A program made the translations under genes and the position numbers. Source: Mustelus asterias (lineage: Eukaryota). From it: a stretch of DNA of 64,000 bases. The DNA lies in the NCBI RefSeq assembly GCF_964213995.1, contig NW_027590154.1, positions 930,001 to 994,000 of the forward strand, written 5' to 3'. How positions within the stretch are numbered: the first letter of the stretch is position 1; the number at the start of each line of letters is the position of its first letter. Below are positions 49,384 through 61,769 of this stretch, one piece after another. The notes beneath the pieces are model-generated. The model saw nothing but the letters and a program-made list of their open reading frames with translations, made no database searches and had not been told where the DNA came from.

Positions 49384-50580
49384 ACTGAGAAACCTCTGAG
49401 AAATACTGCATGCATTGGTGATCATTTTCCAAAATTCGATTGACTCTGGAGGAGTTCCTACAGATTTAAGGATGGCAAGTGTAACCCCACTCTTTTAAAA
49501 GGGAGGAAGAGAGAAAAGGAATAATTACAGAGCATTTAGCCTGACATGCTATGAGGAGAGATTGGGTAGACTGGGGTTGTTCTCCTTGGAAAGACGGAGG
49601 ATGAGGGGAGATCTAATAGAGGTGTACAACATTATGAAGGGTATAGATAGGGTGAACAGTGGGAAGCTTTTTCCCAGGTCGGAGGTGACGATCACGAGGG
49701 GTCACGGGCTCAAGCTGAGAGGGGCGAAGTATAACTCAGATATCAGAGGGACGTTTTTTACACAGAGGGTGGTGGGGGCCTGGAATGCGCTGCCAAGTAG
49801 GGTGGTGGAGGCAGGCACGCTGACATCGTTTAAGACTTACCTGGATAGTCACATGAGCAGCCTGGGAATGGAGGGATACAAACGATTGGTCTAGTTGGAC
49901 CAAGGAGCGGCACAGGCTTGGAGGGCCGAAGGGCCTGTTTCCTGTGCTGTACTGTTCTTTGATCTCTTTGTTCTTTGACATCTGTGATGGGGAAGATACA
50001 GGTCTATTATAAAAGTCGTGACAACAGAATATTTGAAAAGAATTAACGGAATTGAAAAAAACATGGAACGATGAGAGGCAAGTCATGCTTAGCAAATCTA
50101 CTGGAGTTTTCTGGAAGATGTAAATAGTAAAACAGATAAGGGAGAACGAGTAGATGTAGTGTAGTTGCAGTTTCAGAAGCTTTTGATAAGACCTGCTAAA
50201 GAGGTTAGTGGCCAAATGTAAAGTATATGCGAGAAGTGGTATTGTATTGGCATGGGTCGAGAGTTGGTTGATGGACGGGGAACAGAGAGTGGGAATAAAT
50301 GTGTGTTTTTCTGAGTGGCAGGCAGCGACGATTGGGATATCGCACGGACCAGTGGTGGGAGCAAAATATAAACATGATCTGGATGAGGGGATCAAAAGTA
50401 GCACTTCCAAGTTTGTTGACGACACAATAATTGGTGGAATTGTGAGTTGTGTGGAGGATGGAAAGAGGTTTTAAAGAGATTTAAACAAGTTGAGCGAATT
50501 GCCAAACACATGGCTAAATGTGACGTTATACCACTCAGTATCAAAAAAAAGTGGAGGAAAAGTATTATTTGAACGATGAT
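49384..50580 (+). mobile_element. Old CR1 with nested young CR1 fragment at 49548-49975 (duplicate)
   Basis: Duplicate of 13365-14561. Confidence 0.8.
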
Positions 50581-53546
50581 ATAGAAACATAGAAACATAC
50601 AAAACTACAGCACAAAACAGGCCCTTCGGCCTCACAAGTTGTGCCGAACATATCCCTACCTTTTAGGCCTACCTATAACCTTCCATCCTATTAAGTCCCA
50701 TGTACTCATCCAGGAGTCTCTTAAAAGACCGTATTGAGTTTGCCTCCACCACCACTGACGGCAGCCGATTCCACTCGCCCTCTGTGTCAAAAACTTCCCC
50801 CTAACATTTCCCCTGTACCTACACCACAGCACCTTAAACCTGTGTACTCTCGTAGCTGACATTTCCACCCTGGGAAAAAGCCTCTGAGAGTCCACCTGAT
50901 CTATGCCTCGCAACACCTTATATACCTCTATTAGGTCTCCACTCATCCTAAGTCTCTCCAAGGAGAAAAGACCGAGCTCCCTCAGCATATCCTCATAAGG
51001 CATGTCACTCAATCCAGCCAACATCCTTGTAAATGGCCTCTGCACCCTTTCAATCTTTTCCACATCCTTCCTGTAATGAGGCGACCAGAACTGATCACAG
51101 TTCTCCAAGTGGGGTCTGACGAGGGTCTGATATAGCTGCATCATTATCCCCGGACTCATAGACTCAATCGCTCGATTGATAAAGGCCAGCACACCATACG
51201 CCTTCTGAACCACCTCCTCTACCTGCGGGGCCGATTTTAGAGTCCTGTGGACCAGGACCCCAAGGTCCTTCTGATCCTCTACAGTACTAAGAGTCTTTCC
51301 CTTTATATTGTACTCCTTCATCCCATTTGACCTGCCAAAATGATTCGAAGTCCATCTGCCACTTCTCCGCCCAGTCTTGCATCCTATCTATGTCCCTCTG
51401 TAACTTCTGACATCCCTCCAGACTATCCACAACCCCACCAACCTTCGTGTCGTCGGCAAACTTACCAACCCATCCCTCCACTTCCTCATCCAGGTCATTT
51501 ATGAAAATGCCAAACAGCAAGGGTCCCAGAACAGATCCCTGCGGCACACCACTGGTGACCGACCTCCATTTAGAAAAGGACCCATCTATACACACGCTCT
51601 GCCTCCTTTGGGCAAGCCAGTTCTGGATCCACAGGGCAGCAGCCCCTTGGATCTCATGCCCTCTCACTTTTTCTAGAAGCCTTGCATGGGGGACCTTATT
51701 GAACGCCTTGCTAAAATCCATATAAACCACATCTACCGCTTTCCCTTCGTCAATGTGTTTAGTCACATTTTCGAAGAACTCCACCTTGACAAAGCCATGC
51801 TGAGTATTCTTGAGCATACTAAACCTCTCTAAATGCTCATAAATCCTGTCCCCCAGGATCTTCTCCATCAGCTTACCAACCACTGAGGTTAGACTCAGCG
51901 GTCGGTAATTTCCTGGGCTATCCCTATTCCCCTTCTTGAAAATAGTAACCACATCCGCAATCCTCCAATCCTCCGGCACCTCTCCCGTCTCCATCGATGA
52001 CGCAAAGATCATCACCAGAGGCTCTGTAATCTCTTCCCTCGCCTCCAACAGTAACCTGGGGTACATCCCATCGGGACCCGGTGACTTATCGATCTTGATG
52101 CCATTCAAAGATTCCAGCACATCCTCTTTGTTAAAGTCCACATACTCAGTTTTTTCAGTCCACCGCAAGCCCGCAGTACATCCACCCAGGTCCTTCTCCT
52201 CTGTGAAAACCGAGGCAAAATACTCATTAAGCACCTCTGCCATTTCTACTGGTTCCGTACAGACTTTCCCGCCTTCACCTTTTATAGGCCCTATTCCTTC
52301 ACGTCTCTTCCTTTTATTCTTCACATATTTATAGAATGCCTTAATCCTACCTGTCTTCCACAAGGCCTTCTCGTGACCCCTTCTGGCTCTCCTAATTTCC
52401 ATCTTTAGTCCCTTCCTACAAGTCGTATACTCACCTAGATCCCTATCTTCGCCAAGCTTTCTGAACCTTTTGTACGCTTTCCTTTTCTTCTCGACTAGGT
52501 CCCGCACAGCTTTTGTGCACCACAGTTCCTTTAAACTACCAACTCCTCTCTGTCTGCTCGGAACATTGTCCTGTAGAACCCTAGACAGACATTCCTTGAA
52601 AAACTGCCAACTCTCTTCAGTAGATTTTCCCGAGAATACCTCCTTCCAATTTACTTCTCTAATTTGCTGCCTTATGTCTTCATATTTCCCCTTACTCCAC
52701 ATAAACGCTTTCCTAGCTTACCTGATCCTCTCTTTTTCCAATGCAAGCATAAAGGAGATAGAGTTATGATCGCTATGCCCAAGATGCTCTCCCACTGAGA
52801 GATCTGACACCTGTCCACGCTCCTTGGTCAGTATCAGATCAAGTACAGCCTCTCCTCTTGTAGGCTTGTCCACATGTTGTGTCAGGAAAACCCTCCTGAA
52901 CACACCTAACGAACTCCTCCCCATCCAATCCCCTTACCCTCGGGATATTCCAATCTATGTTTGGGAAATTCAAGTCTCCCATCACAACAACTCTGCTATT
53001 ATTGCAACTCTCCAGGATCTGTTTCCCTATCTGCTCCTCCACCTCCCTGTCACTATTGGGCGGCCTATAGAAAACTCCCAGCAAAGTGATCGACCCCTTC
53101 CCACTCCGAACTTCCACCCACAGAGACTCTGTAGACCATCCCTCCACAGCATACACCTTCTCTGCAGCTGTGACACTATTCCTGATCAGCAGTGCCACTC
53201 CACCCCCTCTCTTGCCTCCCTCCCTGTCCTTCCTGAAACATCTGAATCCCGGCACCTGTAGTATCCAGCCCTGTCCCTGAGACATCCAAGTCTCCGTAAT
53301 GGCCACCACATCACACTTCCAGGCATCGATCCACGCTCTGAGCACATCCCCTTTATTCACTATACTCCTGGCATTAAAGTAAACACATCTCAATCCTTTG
53401 TTCTGAGCTCTCCCCTTCTCTATCCCCAGTCCATCCTCCCTCTTGCACCGTCTATAACCCTTCTCTGTTTGCGAGCTAACTTCCTTGCTCCCAGTCACCT
53501 CGTCTTGATCCCCTCCCTCCAACCTATCTAGTTTAAACTCTCCCCA
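50581..53546 (-). mobile_element. CR1 LINE covering essentially the whole of ORF2 (frameshifted); uncut version of 14562-17167
   Basis: ORF 52839-53522 adds the endonuclease N-terminus (CVYFNARS..ITETW). Flanked by an ATATA-like target-site duplication within the older CR1. Confidence 0.93.
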
Positions 53547-54230
53547 TATATTGGGAGGAGTGGATGTACAAAGGGATCTCCAACACCAATCAGTGAAGGT
53601 GGAGAAGCGGGCACACTAAGCAATTGGAAAAAAAAATATTATGTTGGTCTTCATTGCAAGGGGATTTGAATTCAGAAGTAGGGACGTCTTACTACCGGCC
53701 CTTGTTGAGTCCACACCTGGATTATTGAGGGTAGTTTTGGTCTCACTCGGTAAGAAAGGACATACTTGCTATAGAGGGAGTACAGTGGATGTTCACTGGG
53801 CTTAAACCGGGGTTGGTGGGACTGACCTATGAGAGATTGGTTGGACTGGGCTTGTAATCACTGGAATTTAGAAGGATGAGAGAAGATCTGATTGAAACGT
53901 ATGGCATTCTAAGAGAGCTGGACAGCTTAGATGCAGGAAGGATGTTTTCCCCGGTTGGGACCTCGAGAACCAGGGGGTGCAGTATCAGGATATGGGATCC
54001 TGATTTAGGGCTGAGATGAGGAAATGTTTCTTCACTCCAAGCGTCTTGTACCTCTGGAAATCAGCTGCCACAGCAGACTGTGGTGGAAAAGTCACTGAAT
54101 GTATTGTAGAAGGAAATCGATTTTTCTTTTTAGATTTTAATGACACCAAGGGTGTTTGGAAAAGGAAGAAGATGGCTCTGAGGTCCTGGATCAGCCATGA
54201 CCATATTGAATGGCAGTGCAGGCTCGAAGC
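53547..54230 (+). mobile_element. 3' remainder of the old host CR1
   Basis: Resumes the host frame (YYLNDD|ILGGVDVQRDL) and ends with a GATCAGCCATGA..GAATGG-type 3' UTR. Confidence 0.75.
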
Positions 54231-56310
54231 AAGGCAGCAGATGCGCCAAGCTCACGCCTGGGCAGCAGTTTGTAATCTGAGTAATGCAATTTGAATGAGG
54301 TATCAGGTGAATAACCTGAACACGACTGCGGCCATTTTGGGTAACAACAGCCGCTACTTCAATACGTGACCCAGATCAAACGTGACACAACAGACTTCAG
54401 ATTGATAAATATTTGGAAACTTGTGGTTGAAATTAGTGAGATTTTACCAGTCATGTATTTAAATCTCCTTTACATAACCAATCACTTTGCTCTTTTTATT
54501 CGTTGTCAGACCGATATGTGAAAGCTTGGAACTGCAGACATTCCTCTATAGTGAGTGTAAATATTTGAGATGTGGGATTGCTGTAATTATGTATATCGCT
54601 AATTGCTGTTAACTGAAACAGTACAGTGCTGTTAGAGTCTTAGGAAGATGCCTTAATCCTATGAAGCGGAACGCGAACATTAATGAACAATTATAAACGG
54701 GGAGAATGTTTATTTAAAAGTAGCAATAAATAATTGATGCAAAAGGGGAGAACGATTGAATGATCTGCATTCACACCTGGGTAATGCGCGAGGCTTAGGA
54801 GAACATACCTCAAATGAGCTCCAATGTGTAAAGTTTAAGTCTATAAATTAAGTCAGGCTGGTCACAGTTACATAATATGTGGATCAGCCATTCGGGTTAA
54901 GAGGAAAATACATTTCTTCAGTCAAAAGATTGTTATAAATCTGTGGAACACAATATCTCACAGATATTGGACACTCAGTTGCCGAATGTATTAAAGGCAG
55001 TGCTCGATGGATTAATGGATACTCTAAGGTCACGGTGTGGGAGTGTGATGTTCAAGTAAGAGATCAGCCACAATACTACTGGGTGGGAAGCAGGTATTAA
55101 TGTTTTTGTGGACACCCCTGCTTGTTGACAGCTTTCATCGTTTACATGTCTGAGGAAATGTGCCAGCAATTGTCCACGTCTCTCTGGATGGGTTGAAAAC
55201 GTTGGGCGCCTTTTCTCTCGAAAACAGAGAACCATGAGGGGATTTCAGAGAATATCTTTTAAATTATGAGCAGGTTCAAGTTAGGAACGGGTTTTGCACG
55301 TGGCGAAAGTATTTATTTGTGGGTGAATGTAGAGCAAAAGCCATCAATATCTGATCCTGACTATCAGAAAAATATAGATATTCAGAAAAATAAATTTAAA
55401 CAAAGACACGTAAGAACCTGGAATTTGCTGCCATTGAGAGAAATTGGAGCAGAGAATATTGATACATTCATGGGAAGTCCTGGAAATACAGGAAGAGGGT
55501 GAAATAGACTGACACATGGAGGTGAGTGTAAATGGTGGAATGCCTTTCGGATAGAGAGATTGTCCTGGACTAGATACACAGCCATCTACCAGGTGGGTCA
55601 AATGGTCTGTTCCTCTTCTACAGTTTCTGTATCATGTAAACTGGGAGAGAACTCTGCACAGAGAATGCGGTGGAGAATTAGTTAATGGGCAAAAACAATT
55701 GAAATTGTCAGAGAGCCGGAAGAGGCAGTTCGCAGTGAGTAGCTGTAAAACCACCGTGAACAGACTGAACACAACGAACAAGTGAAAGACTTTGGGACAA
55801 GTTCCCACGTTTGCAAGAAACTCAAAGGAAATGTCAAATCAAATAAATTGAGTAAATTAATCATTTCAAATTGGAGAGACAGGAGAAATTTGGATGTAAT
55901 TGAAAAAGAGACGGAAAGAGCAAAAACAGATATAAACTGCCGGAAAATGTTAAAATGAAATAAATGTTTGACACTTGAACACTGATGTTCATCAATTGGT
56001 GCTGATGAATCTAGTTGATATATGTTGGGTCTTGCTGTGCGCACCACTAAAACGCAGTTGGCTTTTTCTCACTGAATCATTTTTTGGAAACTGATCACCT
56101 CACTGACTTTAACGTGTTCCTTCGAGTTTGTCTCTCACCAAGGATTTTCCCGATTACACGGTTACCCCCTTTTCCCAGAAAGGTATTTCCCCCCAGTCCT
56201 GTCTGGGACGTGGCTGAACTCAAGGCTGATCAGTGAAAGAGTCACTGCGCCACCCAGTGAATCATCTGTGTCGAGACACCTTCACTTCTGCCTTTTTTGA
56301 TGATAAACTC

Positions 56311-56733
56311 CAGAGACAGAATGACTGAACAGCGAGGAGAACCTCGGTGATTTGACACATGAACTGGTCGGTCACCCTCGAGTGTCAGGCAATTCTCATC
56401 AGCAAAGGCTCTGCTTCATCAGAGTCCGATGCAGCACAGTATATGGAAGAAGAAATCTTCCTTTACACCGTCCCACCTAACACTGCAAAGATCGCTGCAG
56501 CACAGGGTATCAGAGTAAATCTCTTTCCCGATTGTTCCATTAAATACTTCAAAGGCAGGGGCGCCACAGGCTAGATGATAAAACTCGGGGAGAACAGTGG
56601 GGTATTAAACATGAGAGACTTGGATGTTTACCGCAAAGACATGTAATCGAGTACACATTTCCAAATGATTGCCAGCGTTTAGGGCCTATGAGATACACTC
56701 GGGGAAAACACGCAGAAATTCCCAGATCCTGAG
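56311..56733 (+). pseudogene. Possible highly decayed single-exon VJ-type IgV domain
   Basis: A single frame with stops: SVTLEC..IFLY..YFKGR..NSGVLNMRDL..SSTHF..LGENTQKFPDPE, followed by GT. No RSS. Pattern match by eye only. Confidence 0.28.
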
Positions 56734-56990
56734 GTCAATCTGAAACAACAAATCAGCAGAAATTATGGGAGGTGTTCCCAGAGAGTACGGCTCATTCTGA
56801 CATAGACAGTCCAGCTTCGCATTTTGTCTTAAAGACACAAATAGATAGGTTGCCCCATGTTCTGTTGGAAATGCACACGCTCCACTTTCTGGTGAACACA
56901 GTGACTGTCTGCTTCAAGCTGTCCTTTTTGTATCAATTAACAATGTCCCTCTGATTCTTTTTCGATGAAGCATTATCCCCAATAAACGGC

Positions 56991-57503
56991 CATTTCCTCT
57001 GATACCATCGCCCTGAACTCACTGAGCATCACCCCAGGGACCCTCTCTCCCTGCTCCATTTCCTCTGATACCATCGCCCTGAACTCAATGAGCATCACCC
57101 CAGGGATCCTCTCTCCCTGCTCCATTCACCCTGACAGCATCGCCTTGAACTCACTGAGCATCACCCCAGGGATCTTCTCTCCCGGCTCCATTCCCTCTGA
57201 CTCAATCCCCTGAACTCACTGAACATCACCTCAGAGATCCTCTCTCCCGGCTCCATTCCCTCTGACTCAATCCCCTGAACTCACTGAACATCACCCCAGA
57301 GATCCTCTCTCCCGGCTCCATTCCCTCTGACAGCATCGCCCTTAACTCACTGAGCATCAGCCCAGGGATTTTCTCTCCCGACTCCATTCCCTCTGACTCC
57401 ATCCCCTGAACTCACTGAACATCACCTCAGGGATTCTTTCTGGCTACTACATTTCCGCTGTTACCATCCCCCCTCAACTCGCTAAATATCACCCCAGGGA
57501 TCT
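56991..57503. repeat. Minisatellite, ~7.8 units of 65-66 bp
   Basis: Unit CATTTCCTCTGATACCATCGCCCTGAACTCACTGAGCATCACCCCAGGGACCCTCTCTCCCTGCTC starts at 56991, 57057, 57123, 57189, 57254, 57319, 57385 and 57450. Confidence 0.93.
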
Positions 57504-58393
57504 ACCAGTGGCCATCAAACCTTCATGCCCTGACCATTCTCTCCACCTCTATCTTACCATGTTCTTTCGTCGTGTTGATATCAACATCTCCTGAGGATTC
57601 TGTTCTGGTCCTTTGGATTTTCCGACATTCCTGAAGCTGATAGCTTTACAATCTAAAGTCCTGGAGTTCAGCTCCAAGATTTGAATTCGTAACATATCAT
57701 ATCAACTTCGGAGAGAAAAGTATCAACGGCCTGCATGCCGGTTCAGTAGAATATCGCTGACTGGGTACAGTTAAAATTTAAACTTTCATTTTGCTCGAAT
57801 TTCTTTTACTCATCAAGTCCACCGCCCCACGCAGCAGTGGGCCGACCCTCCCTCACTCTGTTACTTTTACCCTCTGTCGGTATGACTCCCCATCTCTATG
57901 TACTTTTTCCAGGCTCGGGAGGTCTCACGTTGGTCAGGGCTACCGTTTGGTTCGAACACATGCGATACTGAATCTGGGGATGAGTGATCAGATAATGTAG
58001 AGGGAGATTTGTATTGCATCACACGTGTGCTATACCTGTCTTATAATGTGGTGCCAGATTGTAGAGGGATGTTTTCATTTTATCTGCGTATAACCTACTG
58101 GACTTATAATAAGCTTTGCTGATAATCAGTGCACACATACACACACATACTCATACATTATGGTTGTTATGAGTCTTTGCTAGTTGGGACGATGACAATA
58201 TTCCACTCGTAACAAATTCTTAATACAATCTTTTGAAAGATGGAATTATTAATATGAATAAAATGAACATGCATTAAGACACTGAATACCAGCAACCTGA
58301 AACAATTAAGTGCAGCCGTCATGCAAACAGCAACAGTTACAAATGATAAAACGAATAAAAAGTGAACAGTAATAATAATCCAACGTTAATAAT

Positions 58394-58711
58394 GGCGGCA
58401 CGGTAGCACAGTGGTTAGCACTGCTGCTTCACAGATCCAACGTCCCGGGATCGATTCCCGGCTCGGGTCACTGTCTGTGTGGAGTTTGCACATTCTCCTC
58501 GTGTCTGCGTGGGTTTCCTCCGGTTTCTTCCCACAGTCCAAAGATGTGTGGGTTAGGTTGATTGGCCAGGTTAAAAAAAAATTGCCCCTTAGAGTTCTGA
58601 GATGCGTGGATTAGCGGGTAAAATATGTGGGGGGAGGGCCTGGGTGGGATTGTGGTCGGTGCAGACTCGATGGGCCGAATGGCCTCCTTCTGCACTGTAG
58701 GGTTTCTATGA
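58394..58711 (+). mobile_element. Full-length HE1-like tRNA-derived SINE
   Basis: GGCGGCACGGTAGCACAGTGGTTAGCACTG head, GATCGATTCC B-box, CR1-like tail ..GTTTCTATG, flanked by TTAATAAT on both sides. Confidence 0.88.
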
Positions 58712-58969
58712 TTTAATAATAATTCGACAAAATATCATATCACAATTTTTGCTTAAAAAGGAAGAAATTTTTAGACTGCATTCCAATGGATGGTGCTCCA
58801 GCACTTCAGGTGTGGCCAAAGATATCCCAAACTGTCAGTGTGTTGGTACAACAGATGACAATTGGGACTACAGGAAATATGTTTGTCACTTCATACGATG
58901 GAGCATCGAGGAGCTTGCATCCAAATTGCAGACTTTGTGGCAAAGGAAATTTAGACAGTAAACATTTTT

Positions 58970-59295
58970 AAATTCATCCCATGGGACATGCGCATCGACT
59001 GCTGGCCAGAATTTTTTGCCCATCTCTATTTGCTCTTGGAGGCAAGTTGAGAGTCAACTACATTGTTGTGTCGGCAAGGACTCAGGTTTCATTCCTTAAA
59101 GGACATTAGTGAACCAGATGGGCTTATCCAACATTCGGCAATGGTTTCATGGTCATCAACAGATTTCTAATTCCAGATTTTGTTGTTGAATTCAAATGCA
59201 GCTGCCGCGACGGGATTCGAAACCTGGCACCCAGAAGATTAGCTGAATGTCTGGATTAATGGTCGAGCGATAATACTATTACAACATCGCCTCCA
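58970..59295 (-). mobile_element. Decayed tRNA-head SINE (second family)
   Basis: Homologous to 26880-27225. Confidence 0.65.
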
Positions 59296-59489
59296 CTGTG
59301 CCACTGTATTTCATGGTGTAATGAAATTGGCAAGTCCGAAGAAGGACGCTAATATTGAGTACAATAAGATTTGCTCCTAGACATGTCATCAGGAGATGTA
59401 ATGACATGTTGTTTATTTTGTGAACTGATGTTCGTCATATTATTAACCATACTGGAAATTATCTGGAATGTACCCGATTCTTGCACTTA

Positions 59490-60090
59490 CAAAGAACAAA
59501 GAACAATACAGCACAGGAACAGGCCCTTCGGCCCTCCAAACCCGTGCCGCTCCCTGGTCCAAACTAGACCATTCTTTGGTATCCCTCCATTCCCACTCCG
59601 TTCATATGGCTGTCTAGATAAGTCTTAAACGTTCCCAGTATGTCCGCCTCCACCACCTTGCCTGGCAGCGCATTCCAGGCCCCCACCACCCTCTGTGTAA
59701 AATATGTCCTTCTGATATCTGTGTTAATCCTCCCCCCCTTCACCTTGAACCTATGACCCCACGTGAACGTCACCACCGACCTGGGGAAAAGCTTCCCACC
59801 GTTCACCCTATCTATGCCTTTCATAATTTTATACACCTCTATTAAGTCTCCCCTCATCCTCCGTCTTTCCAGGGAGAACAACCCCAGTTTACCCAATCTC
59901 TCCTCATAACTAAGCCCCTCCATACCAGGCAACACCCTGGTCAACCTCCTCTGTACTCTCTCCAAAGCCTCTACGTCCTTCTGGTAGTGTGGCGACCAGA
60001 ACTGGACGCAGTATTCCAAATGCGGTCGAACCAACGTTCTATACATCTGCAACATCAGACCCCAACGTTTATACTCTATGCCCCGTCCTA
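59490..60090 (-). mobile_element. Young CR1 3' fragment, same subfamily as 29968-32325
   Basis: ORF 59564-60169 is near-identical to the C-terminus of the 653-aa ORF. (CAAAGAA)n tail. Confidence 0.92.
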
Positions 60091-60661
60091 TTGTCTTGAT
60101 GCTCTCTCCACTCACGTTGTTTTGTTTCTTAAAGACTTGATTAGTTGTAAGTATTCGCATTCCAACCATTATTCATGTAAATTGAGTTTGTGTCTTTCTA
60201 TGCCCTGTTTGTGAACACCCTCCTTTTATTCGTGTTAGTGCCAGATTGACAAAACTTCCTGATGAAGAATTGAACCTCCCAGCCTCCCTCTGTGTCAATA
60301 ATAATTCCTGCATCACAGTATCGACTGTACTTGAAATCAAATTCATTGGCTCTAAAACGCATTTGGAGATTCTAATGACGTTTGGTTCAAACATTCGGGT
60401 CGATGTTGTGACAAACTGCCAGAGATGAGTGAGATTGAAGGACAGGACTAATGTGATCAATATTACACCGCATATTGCACTAACTAGAAAGATATGTCAT
60501 CATTGCAGTTTATCAGTTTACACAGGTGTTGTGCCCCACCAATTCTTTAGGCGTGTGTCTTTGTGTATCATGAAATATGTATGTATGTATCGGCATGACA
60601 TGTTAGCATGTATGGTATTTAGAGTGCCCTTACTTGCAAAAAGCAAAAGAAAAATGGTGAT

Positions 60662-61033
60662 TTTACAGAGGTCGATAAAATAATGAGGGGCATAGTCGAG
60701 GTAGATAGTCAACATCTTTTCCCAAAGGTAGGGAAGTCTAAAACTAGAGGGCAAACGTTTAAGTGTGAGGGGAGAGATACAAAAGCGGCCAGAGGGGCAC
60801 TTTTTTCACTCAGAGGGTGGTGAGAGTCTGAAACGAGCTTCCAGAGTTAATATAGAGGCAGGTACAATTTTGTCTTTTAAGGAGAATTTAGACAGTTACT
60901 TCGGTAAGATGGGTAGAGAGGGATATGGGTCAAATGCGGGCAATTGGGACGAGATTAGAGGTAAAATCTGGGCGGTATGGACAAGTTAGGCCGAAGGGCC
61001 TGCTTCATGTTGTAAACCTCTATGACTCTATGA
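60662..61033 (+). mobile_element. CR1 3' fragment
   Basis: ..FFHSEGG..-type similarity and (CTCTATGA)n tail. Confidence 0.8.
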
Positions 61034-61769
61034 CACAAATCTTAATGTTTGCAATGGAACATTGATAATTGTATTGCACTCGGCACTGCCTTATTTATTA
61101 TTGCGCAAGGCCTTGCATTTGTTTGAATCACACAAGATCGAGTTCAGTTAGCAATGTATTTGAGACAGTGACTCCATTCATAGTCTGAGAATCTGCTTCA
61201 GCCTTAAATGAAGCAGAACGTGCTCAGGCCGGTATTACATTAGTTCCTACCTTTGCTATGAAAATAGTAAACCTTGCCTGAATTTTATAAAACCCAACAT
61301 TTTTAAAGGGGTTTTGATCCTGTTTTGTGATTACATCGGGGCATATTTTGGATCAGTTCCACTCTTTTGTTTCTATTATTCTCGACCATCCTATGTCATT
61401 GTTTCTGTTACAGGAGACCAAGTGTGAGGCACCCCCAATCCCATACCGCCCCCCCTCCTCCCCCCACCACCCCCCTCCAGCAGCACTCATTCACTCTCAA
61501 ACGGCAAGCAATGAATGGATGGGTGGCAATCAGTGATCCAAATGGGATTTGGACATGCCGCTGCACAACTCATCTGCAGCACTTCTTTAAAAAATACTTC
61601 ATACACTGTTAAAGATGATTCGGGAGGTCTCAGGTCGTGAATAACGCTATTGACATCCAGAAGATGAGAAAGAAAGAAAGAAAGAAAGATCCACAGGAGC
61701 AGGCTGAGTGTAAGAAAGATTGTGACTGCATTTTATTTATTTATTTTTCAGTTAAATTTGGCTTAAAAA

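Larger units (their letters stand above)
36020..53186. repeat. Segmental tandem duplication, copy B; matches 1-17167
   Basis: 36020 begins TGAAATAATAAAAGGCG like position 1. The offset of 36019 is constant, with no visible indel up to 53186. Confidence 0.97.

Noticed and set aside
56991-57503. CRISPR-like array
   Set aside because: Contiguous tandem units without unique spacers, vertebrate context, no cas genes.
58394-58465. tRNA gene
   Set aside because: The A/B boxes belong to a SINE head that continues into SINE core and tail; no full cloverleaf.
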